NCBI GenBank assembly: GCA_015065325.1
Contig: SVQO01000008.1
Coordinates: 7,840 to 71,839, forward strand
Origin: Oscillospiraceae bacterium
GTDB taxonomy: Bacteria; Bacillota; Clostridia; Oscillospirales; SIG627
DNA length: 64,000 bases
Direction of reading: 5' to 3'
Numbering within the stretch: the first letter of the stretch is position 1; every line of letters starts with the position of its first letter. Shown one piece after another: positions 25,412 through 33,244 of the stretch. Below the pieces are notes generated by a model, which saw nothing but the letters and a program-made list of their open reading frames with translations, was not told where the DNA came from and did no database searches. The position numbers were made by a program, and so were the translations under genes.

Positions 25412-26776
25412 TCATTCAATGCTCATGGTACCGTCAGCAAGATCCTTTGCTACAAACGGGATAAAGTAAAACGGTATCGTGAGCAATTTTTGTTCGGGAT
25501 TGTAACCGTAATTGTTTTTGGAAACCTTGATAGCATATTCAAATTTGTTGTGATTTGAAAACTTTTCCAGAGAATGAAGTGTTCCGCGACCTTTCTTGAC
25601 GTCCATCGGGTAAAGCTTGTTGTCTGACTCAATGATGAATTCAAGCTCAGATGATGCTTTTCCGCGCCAATAAAAGAGCTTGTGTCCTTTAGCGACCATC
25701 TCATTTGCCACAAAATTTTCAAAGAAAATACCTGATAAGGTGTTTTCTCTTTCGCCGGATATGAACGATGCCGCGTTAATTCCGCTTTGGTAAGAAAACA
25801 TACCGATATCACCAAGGAACAGACGAAAATTACTTTCATTGTCCGGCATAAGCGGCGTTGTTACGTGCTCCTTTAATTGGAAAGACTGATTGACGACATG
25901 CGCCATCATAAGCCACTGAATAGAAGTTGCAAAATCTCTTGTTTTGCTCTTTTCCTCAATTAGTCCCGGAGAGAAGTTTTTGGATTCCTTGTTTAGCTCC
26001 CGGTAAATATTTTGGAACAAGATTCTAGAACGTAAAACGGCTTCTGGGCTTGCTTGATACAACTCCATATCTGCAAGGTAATTGTCATATAAAACCTTGA
26101 GAATTTCTCTTGCTTCAAGGATATTGTTGCCGTCAATATAGGCTTCTACAGCTTCCGGCATTCCTCCTATGAGAAGATACTTATATACTTGTTCCATTGC
26201 CAATTCGTGGATCTTGCCATCCAACGGTTTTTTGCTGTCATAGGCTTTTTTTATGGCGCTGTAGAGCATCTTGTTGCTATTCATCAAAAACTCGTCTAGG
26301 GTCATGGGATAAACGGTTATTTGGTTGATCTTGCCTACAGGAAAGAGAAATTTACCGTTATCTTTAGAACCTCGCTTGTGAAGCTCTCTTTGAAGTTTGA
26401 TGCGCACCATTGAGCCGGTTGCAATCACGGGAATGTTTCTGAAATCCTGACAGAAGTATTTGAGCGAGGAAATAATATTGGGACACTCCTGTACTTCATC
26501 GAAGATCAGAAGGGTTTTTTCGTCAATCTGTTTTCCCTTGCGTAGGGAAATATATTCGATGATTTTCTCTGCATTTGCTGTTTCGGAACAGAAATTTCGG
26601 ATTTCATCTTCTTTTTTGCAATCCACATAGACGTAGTTATTTGCGTAATAGCGTTTGGCAAAGAGCTCTTGAATAAGATAGGTTTTACCAACCTGCCTTG
26701 CGCCCCAAATGATCAAAGGCTTTTTGCGTTCGTTGTTATTCCATTCTACTAATTTTTGCAATGCAATTCGTTCCAT
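25412..26776 (-). CDS. AAA+ ATPase with C-terminal DUF4143-like region (AAA_14 family)
   Basis: Walker A 'IIWGARQVGKTYL' and Walker B-like 'LLIFDEVQ'. Start at MERIAL after GGAGG. A spot count of one 60-nt line gives about 43% GC. Confidence 0.7.
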   Translation of the reverse strand: MERIALQKLVEWNNNERKKPLIIWGARQVGKTYLIQELFAKRYYANNYVYVDCKKEDEIRNFCSETANAEKIIEYISLRKGKQIDEKTLLIFDEVQECPNIISSLKYFCQDFRNIPVIATGSMVRIKLQRELHKRGSKDNGKFLFPVGKINQITVYPMTLDEFLMNSNKMLYSAIKKAYDSKKPLDGKIHELAMEQVYKYLLIGGMPEAVEAYIDGNNILEAREILKVLYDNYLADMELYQASPEAVLRSRILFQNIYRELNKESKNFSPGLIEEKSKTRDFATSIQWLMMAHVVNQSFQLKEHVTTPLMPDNESNFRLFLGDIGMFSYQSGINAASFISGERENTLSGIFFENFVANEMVAKGHKLFYWRGKASSELEFIIESDNKLYPMDVKKGRGTLHSLEKFSNHNKFEYAIKVSKNNYGYNPEQKLLTIPFYFIPFVAKDLADGTMSIE

Positions 26777-26805
26777 AAATGAACCTCCAAGCAACTTGTA
26801 TATAT

Positions 26806-26834
26806 ATTATAGAACAACTTGCACCATTTTACAA
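26806..26834 (-). promoter_or_regulatory. Sigma-A-like promoter of the ATPase cassette
   Basis: On the minus strand, TTGTAA-N17-TATAAT about 30 nt upstream of the RBS. Confidence 0.5.
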
Positions 26835-26966
26835 TAGAAAAAATGAGTTATTTGCACCTTTTTTTACTCTGTTTCATCTATTATTTGCACCTTTTGTCGA
26901 TTCGGAGCGGAAAAGCAGGTAAAACGCGCTTTTTTCGGAAACATGAAAACGTCTCATCGAGGGCGC

Positions 26967-26985
26967 TTTCGGTGCTTTGGGATGA
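26967..26985. repeat. 19-bp direct repeat, right copy (abuts the activase stop codon)
   Basis: Identical to 25371-25389. The second hairpin arm is absent here. Confidence 0.85.
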
Positions 26986-27777
26986 TCAGGAGAAAAGCGA
27001 TTGCACTCGGTTGATCTCTTCCTCGGTGGGGATTTGACGGGGCAGGGTGTTTTCCATTCCCAGTGCCTTGTACTTGGAGCCTGCCAGATCGTGATAGGGG
27101 AGGACCTTTACCTTTTCGATACAAGTAAGAGGACGGAGAAATTCTGCCAGTTTTTCCATCTGGTCGTCGTTGTGCCCGGGTACGTAGGGAATGCGGATCT
27201 CTACCTTTGCCCCCACGGAATTTAAGTAAAGAAGGTTTTCCAGAATTTGCTCGTTGCTTTGCCCCGTGCAGCGGATATGCACCTTTTCGTCAAAGGCTTT
27301 CAGATCGTATAGGAACAGGTCGGTATAGGGCAAGACCTTCGTCAAGGTTTCCCGCGGCACGAAGCCGCAGGTATCTACGGCGGTATGGATCCCCTCCTCC
27401 TTCAGCCGCTTTAAAAGCTCGGCGGCAAAGGGTGCCTGAGAAAGACATTCTCCCCCCGAAAGGGTCACACCGCCTCCGTTTTCGTAAAAGGGGCGATCCT
27501 CCAGCAAAAGGGGCATCAGCTCCTCGACGGTCATTTCCTTTCCGTAGAGGATGCGGGCTTCCCCGAGACAGTCGCGGGGGTGAAAGTCCTTGCTTTGACA
27601 GGCGCCGCAGCCGATACATTTGTTTTCGAAAAAGGCGGTCTGCTCCTCAAAGGAGATGCCCTCGGGATTGTGACACCAGATACATTTTAAGGGGCACCCC
27701 TTGAAAAAGACCGTGGTGCGGATGCCGGGGCCGTCGTGGACGGCAAAGCGCTTCAGGTCGGTAATTTTTGCTTTCAT
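26986..27777 (-). CDS. Glycyl-radical enzyme activating enzyme (radical SAM)
   Basis: 'FAVHDGPGIRTTVFFKGCPLKCIWCHNPE' (CxxxCxxC) plus a ferredoxin-like 'CIGCGACQ'. The ATG at 27777 overlaps the GRE stop (ATGA). Confidence 0.85.
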   Translation of the reverse strand: MKAKITDLKRFAVHDGPGIRTTVFFKGCPLKCIWCHNPEGISFEEQTAFFENKCIGCGACQSKDFHPRDCLGEARILYGKEMTVEELMPLLLEDRPFYENGGGVTLSGGECLSQAPFAAELLKRLKEEGIHTAVDTCGFVPRETLTKVLPYTDLFLYDLKAFDEKVHIRCTGQSNEQILENLLYLNSVGAKVEIRIPYVPGHNDDQMEKLAEFLRPLTCIEKVKVLPYHDLAGSKYKALGMENTLPRQIPTEEEINRVQSLFS

Positions 27778-30008
27778 CGGGCGATATTCTCCGCTCTCAG
27801 AATGTAGGCGTCCTGCTCCGCCTTTGACATATTGTTCCAAAGGGTGTTCCAGCCGCAGACGCGCACCTGCAGATTGCGGTACTTCTCCGGATGCTCCTGT
27901 GCGTCCCGCAGGGTTTCGGAACGGAAAACGTTGAACTGGATGGATTGTCCGCCGCCCTTTAAATAGGTGGTCAAAAGATTGTTCCAGACCGCAAAGCCTT
28001 CCTCCCCCGAAAGGGTACTGGGATGGAGCATTATGTCTAGGCAGAAGGACTCGTGGTAATTGGAGGGACAAAGCTTCAGAGCCGAGGAGATCAGCGCAGT
28101 GACGCCTTGTTTATCCATTCCCGCCACGGGGGAAGCGTTTTTGGAAAGCTCCTCTCCGCTTTTTCTTCCGTCGGGGAGGGCACCGGTCAAAGCGCCGTGT
28201 CGGATGAAGCCGCGTGCCGAATGGAGGATGGCTTTATACACACCGCCCTTTTCGTTGGGCACGTTGTTTACCTTTTGGGCGAAAAAGTCTGCCATTGCCG
28301 CCGCATAGGTGTCGGCAAGAGGGTCGCCGTTGCCGTATTTGTGGGGAGATTTTTTGATCTTTGCCCGCAAAAGCTCGCTTCCCTCCCAGTTGTTTTTCAA
28401 CACTTGGGCAAGCTCGGTCAGGGTCAGTTCCTTTTGATCGTAAACGAATTCCTTTACCGCAAGGATGCTGTCCACTGCACTGGCAAAGGAGCAGTTCAGC
28501 ATTCCGTTATTGCAGAATTTTACACCGCCGCCGTAGCCGTCCTTACCTTTTTTCAAGGCGCTTTCCACGGTTGCGGAGTACATGGTGGAGGGATTGACGA
28601 AGGCAAGGTATTTTTCCGCGTCGTTGGTGATACGGATCCCGATCTCCACAAGGTTTTCCCACTGCTTGAGAAAGGCAAAATAAAAATCCTCGAAGGTGAC
28701 AAGGCTTTCGAGCTCGCCCGTTTGCACGCCGATCTGCTTGTTTAACGCAGTGTCAAAGCCGTTGGAGAATACGTATTCCACGGCTTTTGCGGCGTTGATA
28801 TAGCCGGAGGTGGAGCATGCCTCGTTGCCGCGGACGCCCGTTTCGTAGCAACCGCGGATATCGAAATTCAGCGCTTCCTCGTAGGTGGCGCCGTATCCCA
28901 TCACCGCCTTGATCATTCCCGGCTCACAGCAGAATACAAGGCTTGCGTTTTTGCGCCGCACCATATCGAAGGCTTTTCTTAAAATGGATTCGGGCGTGTT
29001 TTCGTTGATCTTTAATTGGATCTTGGGGTTGTAGATCTCAAGGCCGTCGTAAACCTCCAGGATCAGGTGAGAAAGCGCGTTATATTTGCTGCTGCCGTCG
29101 GAATTGGTTCCGCCCAAATAAAAGGGCTGACCCCAATAGTTGCCGATGGCGGACCACTGCATCAAAAAGTAGGAGAGAAAATGTCCCAGCTCCTCCTCGG
29201 TGTATCTGCCGCTTTCCAGATCCGTCTTATAAAAGGGATAAAGCGTGCCGTCCAGACCATTGCCGAGAGAACGGACCTGATAACGGTCGATGCACTCCGA
29301 GATGATAAAGTAGAGATAGATCAGCTGGAGTGCCTCGTAGAAGGTGGTGGGAGGACCGTGGCGCAGATGCTCCAGACAGACGGTGATCTCCTTTGCTTTT
29401 TCAAAGCTTTGCTTCTCGGCAAGGGCGATCATTCGGTCGAGCAGATGCAGGATCGCCGTATATTGAAGCTCGATCCCCTCGAAAAAGGCGTCTGCTTCTT
29501 CGGTTAGGGTTCCTGCCGTCCGATGCATTTTGCGATATTTGCGGGCGCGCTCAATGATCCCCGTAAAGCCAAGCTTCATCAGGGAGTCCCAATCGGGAAC
29601 CACATGGTCGTAATCCACCCAGTACATCATAGCGCCGCAGGCGTTGACGTCCTCGGAAAGCCGTACCAGCTCGGGGTCGCGAAGCGCAAGGGATTCCTCC
29701 GCCCATTTGCTGAAGGTGACGCATTTTGCAAGACGGTCCAGGGAATACAGACCCACGAAATAATCGTGCTCGTTGAGATAGATCCGCTGGTGCTGCAAAA
29801 GGTACTCGATTGCCCGCGCCTTTGCCACGGGATGGGGAAGGTTATCCAGGGGAAGGGCTTTCAGTCCCTCCAGAAGTTCCTCGTCGTCAAGTCCGCTTTC
29901 CTCCAAATAGCCGATGCCGTGGTACGCCATTCGCTTGAAGGGATTGAATTCTTTTTCGGGATCGTGGTATTTCCGTTCCACGAAATAACGGTCCGAAGAA
30001 TGGATCAT
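27774..30008 (-). CDS. Glycyl-radical enzyme, PFL2/dehydratase-lyase clade, substrate unknown (744 aa)
   Basis: Gly-radical motif 'RVCGWN' (Gly codon 27852-27854). Cys loop 'RGCYETG' (Cys codon 28848-28850), 332 residues upstream. The ATG at 30008 follows AAAGGAG. The longer ORF-track N-terminus overlaps the divergent AraC gene. Confidence 0.8.
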   Translation of the reverse strand: MIHSSDRYFVERKYHDPEKEFNPFKRMAYHGIGYLEESGLDDEELLEGLKALPLDNLPHPVAKARAIEYLLQHQRIYLNEHDYFVGLYSLDRLAKCVTFSKWAEESLALRDPELVRLSEDVNACGAMMYWVDYDHVVPDWDSLMKLGFTGIIERARKYRKMHRTAGTLTEEADAFFEGIELQYTAILHLLDRMIALAEKQSFEKAKEITVCLEHLRHGPPTTFYEALQLIYLYFIISECIDRYQVRSLGNGLDGTLYPFYKTDLESGRYTEEELGHFLSYFLMQWSAIGNYWGQPFYLGGTNSDGSSKYNALSHLILEVYDGLEIYNPKIQLKINENTPESILRKAFDMVRRKNASLVFCCEPGMIKAVMGYGATYEEALNFDIRGCYETGVRGNEACSTSGYINAAKAVEYVFSNGFDTALNKQIGVQTGELESLVTFEDFYFAFLKQWENLVEIGIRITNDAEKYLAFVNPSTMYSATVESALKKGKDGYGGGVKFCNNGMLNCSFASAVDSILAVKEFVYDQKELTLTELAQVLKNNWEGSELLRAKIKKSPHKYGNGDPLADTYAAAMADFFAQKVNNVPNEKGGVYKAILHSARGFIRHGALTGALPDGRKSGEELSKNASPVAGMDKQGVTALISSALKLCPSNYHESFCLDIMLHPSTLSGEEGFAVWNNLLTTYLKGGGQSIQFNVFRSETLRDAQEHPEKYRNLQVRVCGWNTLWNNMSKAEQDAYILRAENIAR

Positions 30009-30122
30009 CGCATTCACTCCTTTTCCCCGATTATAGGACGAAAAATAATAAATTTGAATAGATAAAAGAAAAATACTTGACTGTTTCGAAACAAAACCGT
30101 AAAATATCCTTGAGGTGATGAA

Positions 30123-30893
30123 ATGCAGGAATTTATGAAACGGGATCTTACCGTTGAAAAAATCGAGCTTGCCTGCCTTGTGGAGGCGGGGAAGGCTGCC
30201 CCCGTTCACAAAAACAGAAAAAGCCACGGTCTTGCTTTGTTCCCCGGAGGAGAGAGGATCATTTCCTTCGAGGGGAAAAAGCTTCTCGTGGGCAAGGATA
30301 CCGTGGTATATTTCCCAAAGGGCTCCGATTATACGGTGCGCGATCGGATCCCCTTCGAATGCTACGCCATCAATTTTCAGCTGGCGGGGGACGAGGTCTT
30401 CGAGCCTTTTGCCGTTGGGGTAAAAAACGTGAACGCGGTCTTGCAAAGCTTTCGGGAAAGCCAGAGGATCTGGAGAAAAAAGAGCGTCGGCTATTCGTCG
30501 AAGATCAAAGCCGAGCTGTACAGCATCATTTATCAGCTGCAAAGCGAAAACCGGATCCCCTACGCCAAGACCTCCGTCATCGAGCCTGCTGTCCGCTATA
30601 TTCATTCCCATTACGACAAGGAGGAGATCCGTGTTTCCGACCTTGCCGAGCTTTGCGGGATCAGTCAGGTATATTTGCGCTCTCTGTTTCAAAAGCGCTT
30701 TGCCACCACTCCCGTAGGGTATATCGAGCACCTGAGAATGAGTCGCGCCGAGGAGCTCCTGAGCTCCCAGATGTACGCGGTCCGCGACGTATGCTTTCTC
30801 TCGGGCTTCCGTGATGAAAGCTACTTCTCCCGCCGTTTCAAAAAGCAGTTTGGAGTCCCTCCCGGGGACTATGCAAAATCCTCCCGAGCTTGA
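30123..30893 (+). CDS. AraC-family transcriptional regulator (AraC-2, cupin + HTH)
   Basis: 'LAELCGISQVYLRSLFQKRFATTPVGYIEHLRMSRAEELL...FLSGFRDESYFSRRFKKQFGVPPGDY'. It is divergent from the GRE. Confidence 0.8.
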   Translation: MQEFMKRDLTVEKIELACLVEAGKAAPVHKNRKSHGLALFPGGERIISFEGKKLLVGKDTVVYFPKGSDYTVRDRIPFECYAINFQLAGDEVFEPFAVGVKNVNAVLQSFRESQRIWRKKSVGYSSKIKAELYSIIYQLQSENRIPYAKTSVIEPAVRYIHSHYDKEEIRVSDLAELCGISQVYLRSLFQKRFATTPVGYIEHLRMSRAEELLSSQMYAVRDVCFLSGFRDESYFSRRFKKQFGVPPGDYAKSSRA

Positions 30894-30908
30894 TCGGGAG
30901 GATTTTTT
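30870..30908 (+). repeat. 39-bp direct repeat, copy B (last codons of AraC-2 + terminator)
   Basis: TATGCAAAATCCTCCCGAgctTGATCGGGAGGATTTTTT. See 25157-25195. Confidence 0.85.
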
Positions 30909-30911
30909 GTA

Positions 30912-31036
30912 TTATTCCGGCATGTTGGAGAGCATATTTTCGATAAAGATTCCGTAGCCGCGGGTGGGGTCGCCCACCAAAACGTGGGTCACCGCACCCA
31001 CCAGCTTGCCGTTTTGAATGATGGGGGACCCGCTCA
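30912..31036 (-). pseudogene. Displaced copy of the spoIVB 3' end (last ~41 codons + stop)
   Basis: It matches 38873-38997 over 125 bp with 5 mismatches and encodes ..[40 protein letters not shown]. No start codon, and a stop lies upstream in frame. Confidence 0.85.
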
Positions 31037-31309
31037 CGCTGATGTCAAGTAGGGGACAAAAGAATTTTGTGTTTTTCTGCGGTTTTTATGCGTTTTTGCA
31101 GGTAAAAGGCAGGTTTTGGCACACCTCAACCGCGATCCCTAAGTTGACATAGATGAATTGTCGAAACCAGTCGCTTTTAAATTTTCTCTCACTTTCGACA
31201 AATTCTGATATTTGCCGGACCGTCGGTTTTTCCTCCTAAATAGTCAAAGCCTCCGGACAACCGGAGGCTTTGCTTGTTATGTGCTATTTTTTACGATTAA
31301 GATCGCGTT

Positions 31310-32230
31310 TTAGCTGTGCTCCAAAACGCGCCTTGCCGTGTATTCGTCGGTGATCAGCGTGTCGATCATTTTTGTTCGCAGCGCTCCCGCGATTGCTTCT
31401 GCCTTTTCTTTTCCACAGGCGATGGCAACGGATTCCCTTGCGTTCTTGATATTGTCCACGGAGGCGCACAATGTGTTGCTATACAGATTGACGAACGTTC
31501 CGTTTTGATCGAAAAAGTGTGTGGCTATGTCACCGATGGCTTGGCAGTGGATATCGCTGTACCCAAATGTTTTGCCGAAGATATCCAGGATTTCCGTGTT
31601 TCCTATTCCCAAAATGGCAAGATCGGCGGTATTCCACATATCCTGCATTCTCTTGTAATAGCCAAGCTGCTTCAGTAACACAGAATCTTCATCGCTGTCA
31701 GCAAGATAGGGAAACCATGCGCATTTGGGCGTGGCATCCAGCTTATCTGCCATCTTCCGGGCTAACTCGTTAGAGGAAAAATAAGAATGTTCAGTATCGG
31801 TAGCGCCAAATAACGGGAATACGGTGTTACCGGCGGTAGAGAGCTTGGGAAGGTTTTGAATCAATTCTTGAATCGTCCGTCCCCAGGATAGGGCAATCTT
31901 TTGGTTGCCCTTTTGGACAATTGGCAGGATATATTCAACCGCCGCCTTAACCGTCATAAGCCGATGCACCGACTCATTTCTGCCGCTGACACTGCATACA
32001 ACACAGTCCCGAATGCCAAAGATAGCACAAATCTGCTCTTCTAGCTCTTTGCAGTCCTTTGGCGGATCGTGTATGATGATTTCTACTATTTTTTCTTCTA
32101 TGGCATCGCTTAAAAGCTTGGAAACCGTTTGCCGGGACAGATGCAAAGTTTCTGCGATTTCCTGTTGGGTCAGGTTTTCCTTATAGTAAAGGGTCGCGAC
32201 TTCGGACATCAGTATTTTTTCTGTATTCAT
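31310..32230 (-). CDS. SorC/DeoR-type sugar-binding transcriptional regulator
   Basis: 'VATLYYKENLTQQEIAETLHLSRQTVSKLLSDA' HTH plus a CggR-like sugar-phosphate-binding domain. Start at MNTEKIL. Confidence 0.75.
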   Translation of the reverse strand: MNTEKILMSEVATLYYKENLTQQEIAETLHLSRQTVSKLLSDAIEEKIVEIIIHDPPKDCKELEEQICAIFGIRDCVVCSVSGRNESVHRLMTVKAAVEYILPIVQKGNQKIALSWGRTIQELIQNLPKLSTAGNTVFPLFGATDTEHSYFSSNELARKMADKLDATPKCAWFPYLADSDEDSVLLKQLGYYKRMQDMWNTADLAILGIGNTEILDIFGKTFGYSDIHCQAIGDIATHFFDQNGTFVNLYSNTLCASVDNIKNARESVAIACGKEKAEAIAGALRTKMIDTLITDEYTARRVLEHS

Positions 32231-32362
32231 AGACTTGCTCCTAAGTGTTGGTGACTTAATTCTACAATGAAATGCGTAGTTTGTCAATTATTTAACATTT
32301 GTAATTGACAAATGTTAAATAAAAGGGTATAATGTTTCTGCAAAAACAAAGGAGGGAACAAA

Positions 32363-33232
32363 ATGCTCGTTTCAATGAAAGAAATGCTGGAAGATGCCCG
32401 TAAGAACCATTACGCCCTTCCTGCATTTGATGTTAGCAATTACGATATGATGAAAGCTGTTTTGGAAGCCTGCGAGGAGGAGCGGTCTCCGGCACTGCTT
32501 ATGGCACTGGGTGTGGATCTGCAGGGCAGAGATATGAACCTGCTGGCATCCATGATCCGCAGCGCATCGGACCATTTCAATATTCCTGTTTGCCTGCATC
32601 TGGATCACGCAACAGATTTTACCATGATCGCAAAGGCTATTGATGCAGGCTTTAGTTCCGTTATGTACGACGGCTCCGTCCTGGATTTTGCCAGCAACGC
32701 GAAAAATACCGCTCAGGTGGTAAAGCTCGCACACGCCCACGGCATCACTGTGGAAGCAGAGCTTGGCCATGTGGGTAACGGCAGTGTGGGGTCAATCAGT
32801 GAAACCGGCACGGATACCGATCCCGGCGAGAGCCTGACTGTCCCGGAGGAGGTCGCAAAATTTGTGGAGATCACCGATGTGGATGCCCTTGCGGTAGCTA
32901 TTGGTACCGCCCACGGTGTATATCAGAAGACACCCGAGCTGCGAATTGACCGGCTGGACGAGATCACAGCTGTTTGTCAAAGGCCCTTAGTGTTGCATGG
33001 CGGTAGCGGCACACCTGATGAGCAAATGCAAGAGGCCATCCGACACGGCATCACTAAGATCAACATCTATTCCGATGTGGTAGCCGCTATGAACAAGGGT
33101 CTGAAAGAAAAGCTCAACGCTATGGATAACCCCGCCACCTGGCCTTTTCTGGTGTTTGCCGATGCCCGGGAGGAGATGAAGGAAGTAGTCCGGAACAAGC
33201 TGCGTATCTTTGGCAGCGCCGACCGTCTGTAA
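32363..33232 (+). CDS. Class II ketose/fructose-bisphosphate aldolase family
   Basis: 'YALPAFDVSNYDMMKAVLEACEEERSPALL', 'HLDHA', 'EAELGHVG' and 'LVLHGGSG'. Confidence 0.8.
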   Translation: MLVSMKEMLEDARKNHYALPAFDVSNYDMMKAVLEACEEERSPALLMALGVDLQGRDMNLLASMIRSASDHFNIPVCLHLDHATDFTMIAKAIDAGFSSVMYDGSVLDFASNAKNTAQVVKLAHAHGITVEAELGHVGNGSVGSISETGTDTDPGESLTVPEEVAKFVEITDVDALAVAIGTAHGVYQKTPELRIDRLDEITAVCQRPLVLHGGSGTPDEQMQEAIRHGITKINIYSDVVAAMNKGLKEKLNAMDNPATWPFLVFADAREEMKEVVRNKLRIFGSADRL

Positions 33233-33244
33233 GGAGGAAACAGG

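Noticed and set aside
25068-25415. Minus-strand ORF containing CSSCG...CTSCG, considered as a possible Cys-rich RiPP/SCIFF-like precursor near the radical-SAM activase
   Set aside because: It has no RBS. It starts inside the inserted ATPase cassette and runs antisense into the AraC-1 3' end. The Cys pattern does not match SCIFF or other precursors I know.
30009-30731. N-terminal 241-codon extension of the GRE ORF (ORF track 27774-30731)
   Set aside because: The extension overlaps the divergent AraC-2 gene and its promoter region and has no GRE-like sequence. The ATG at 30008 has a good RBS and gives an N-terminus typical of PFL2-type enzymes.
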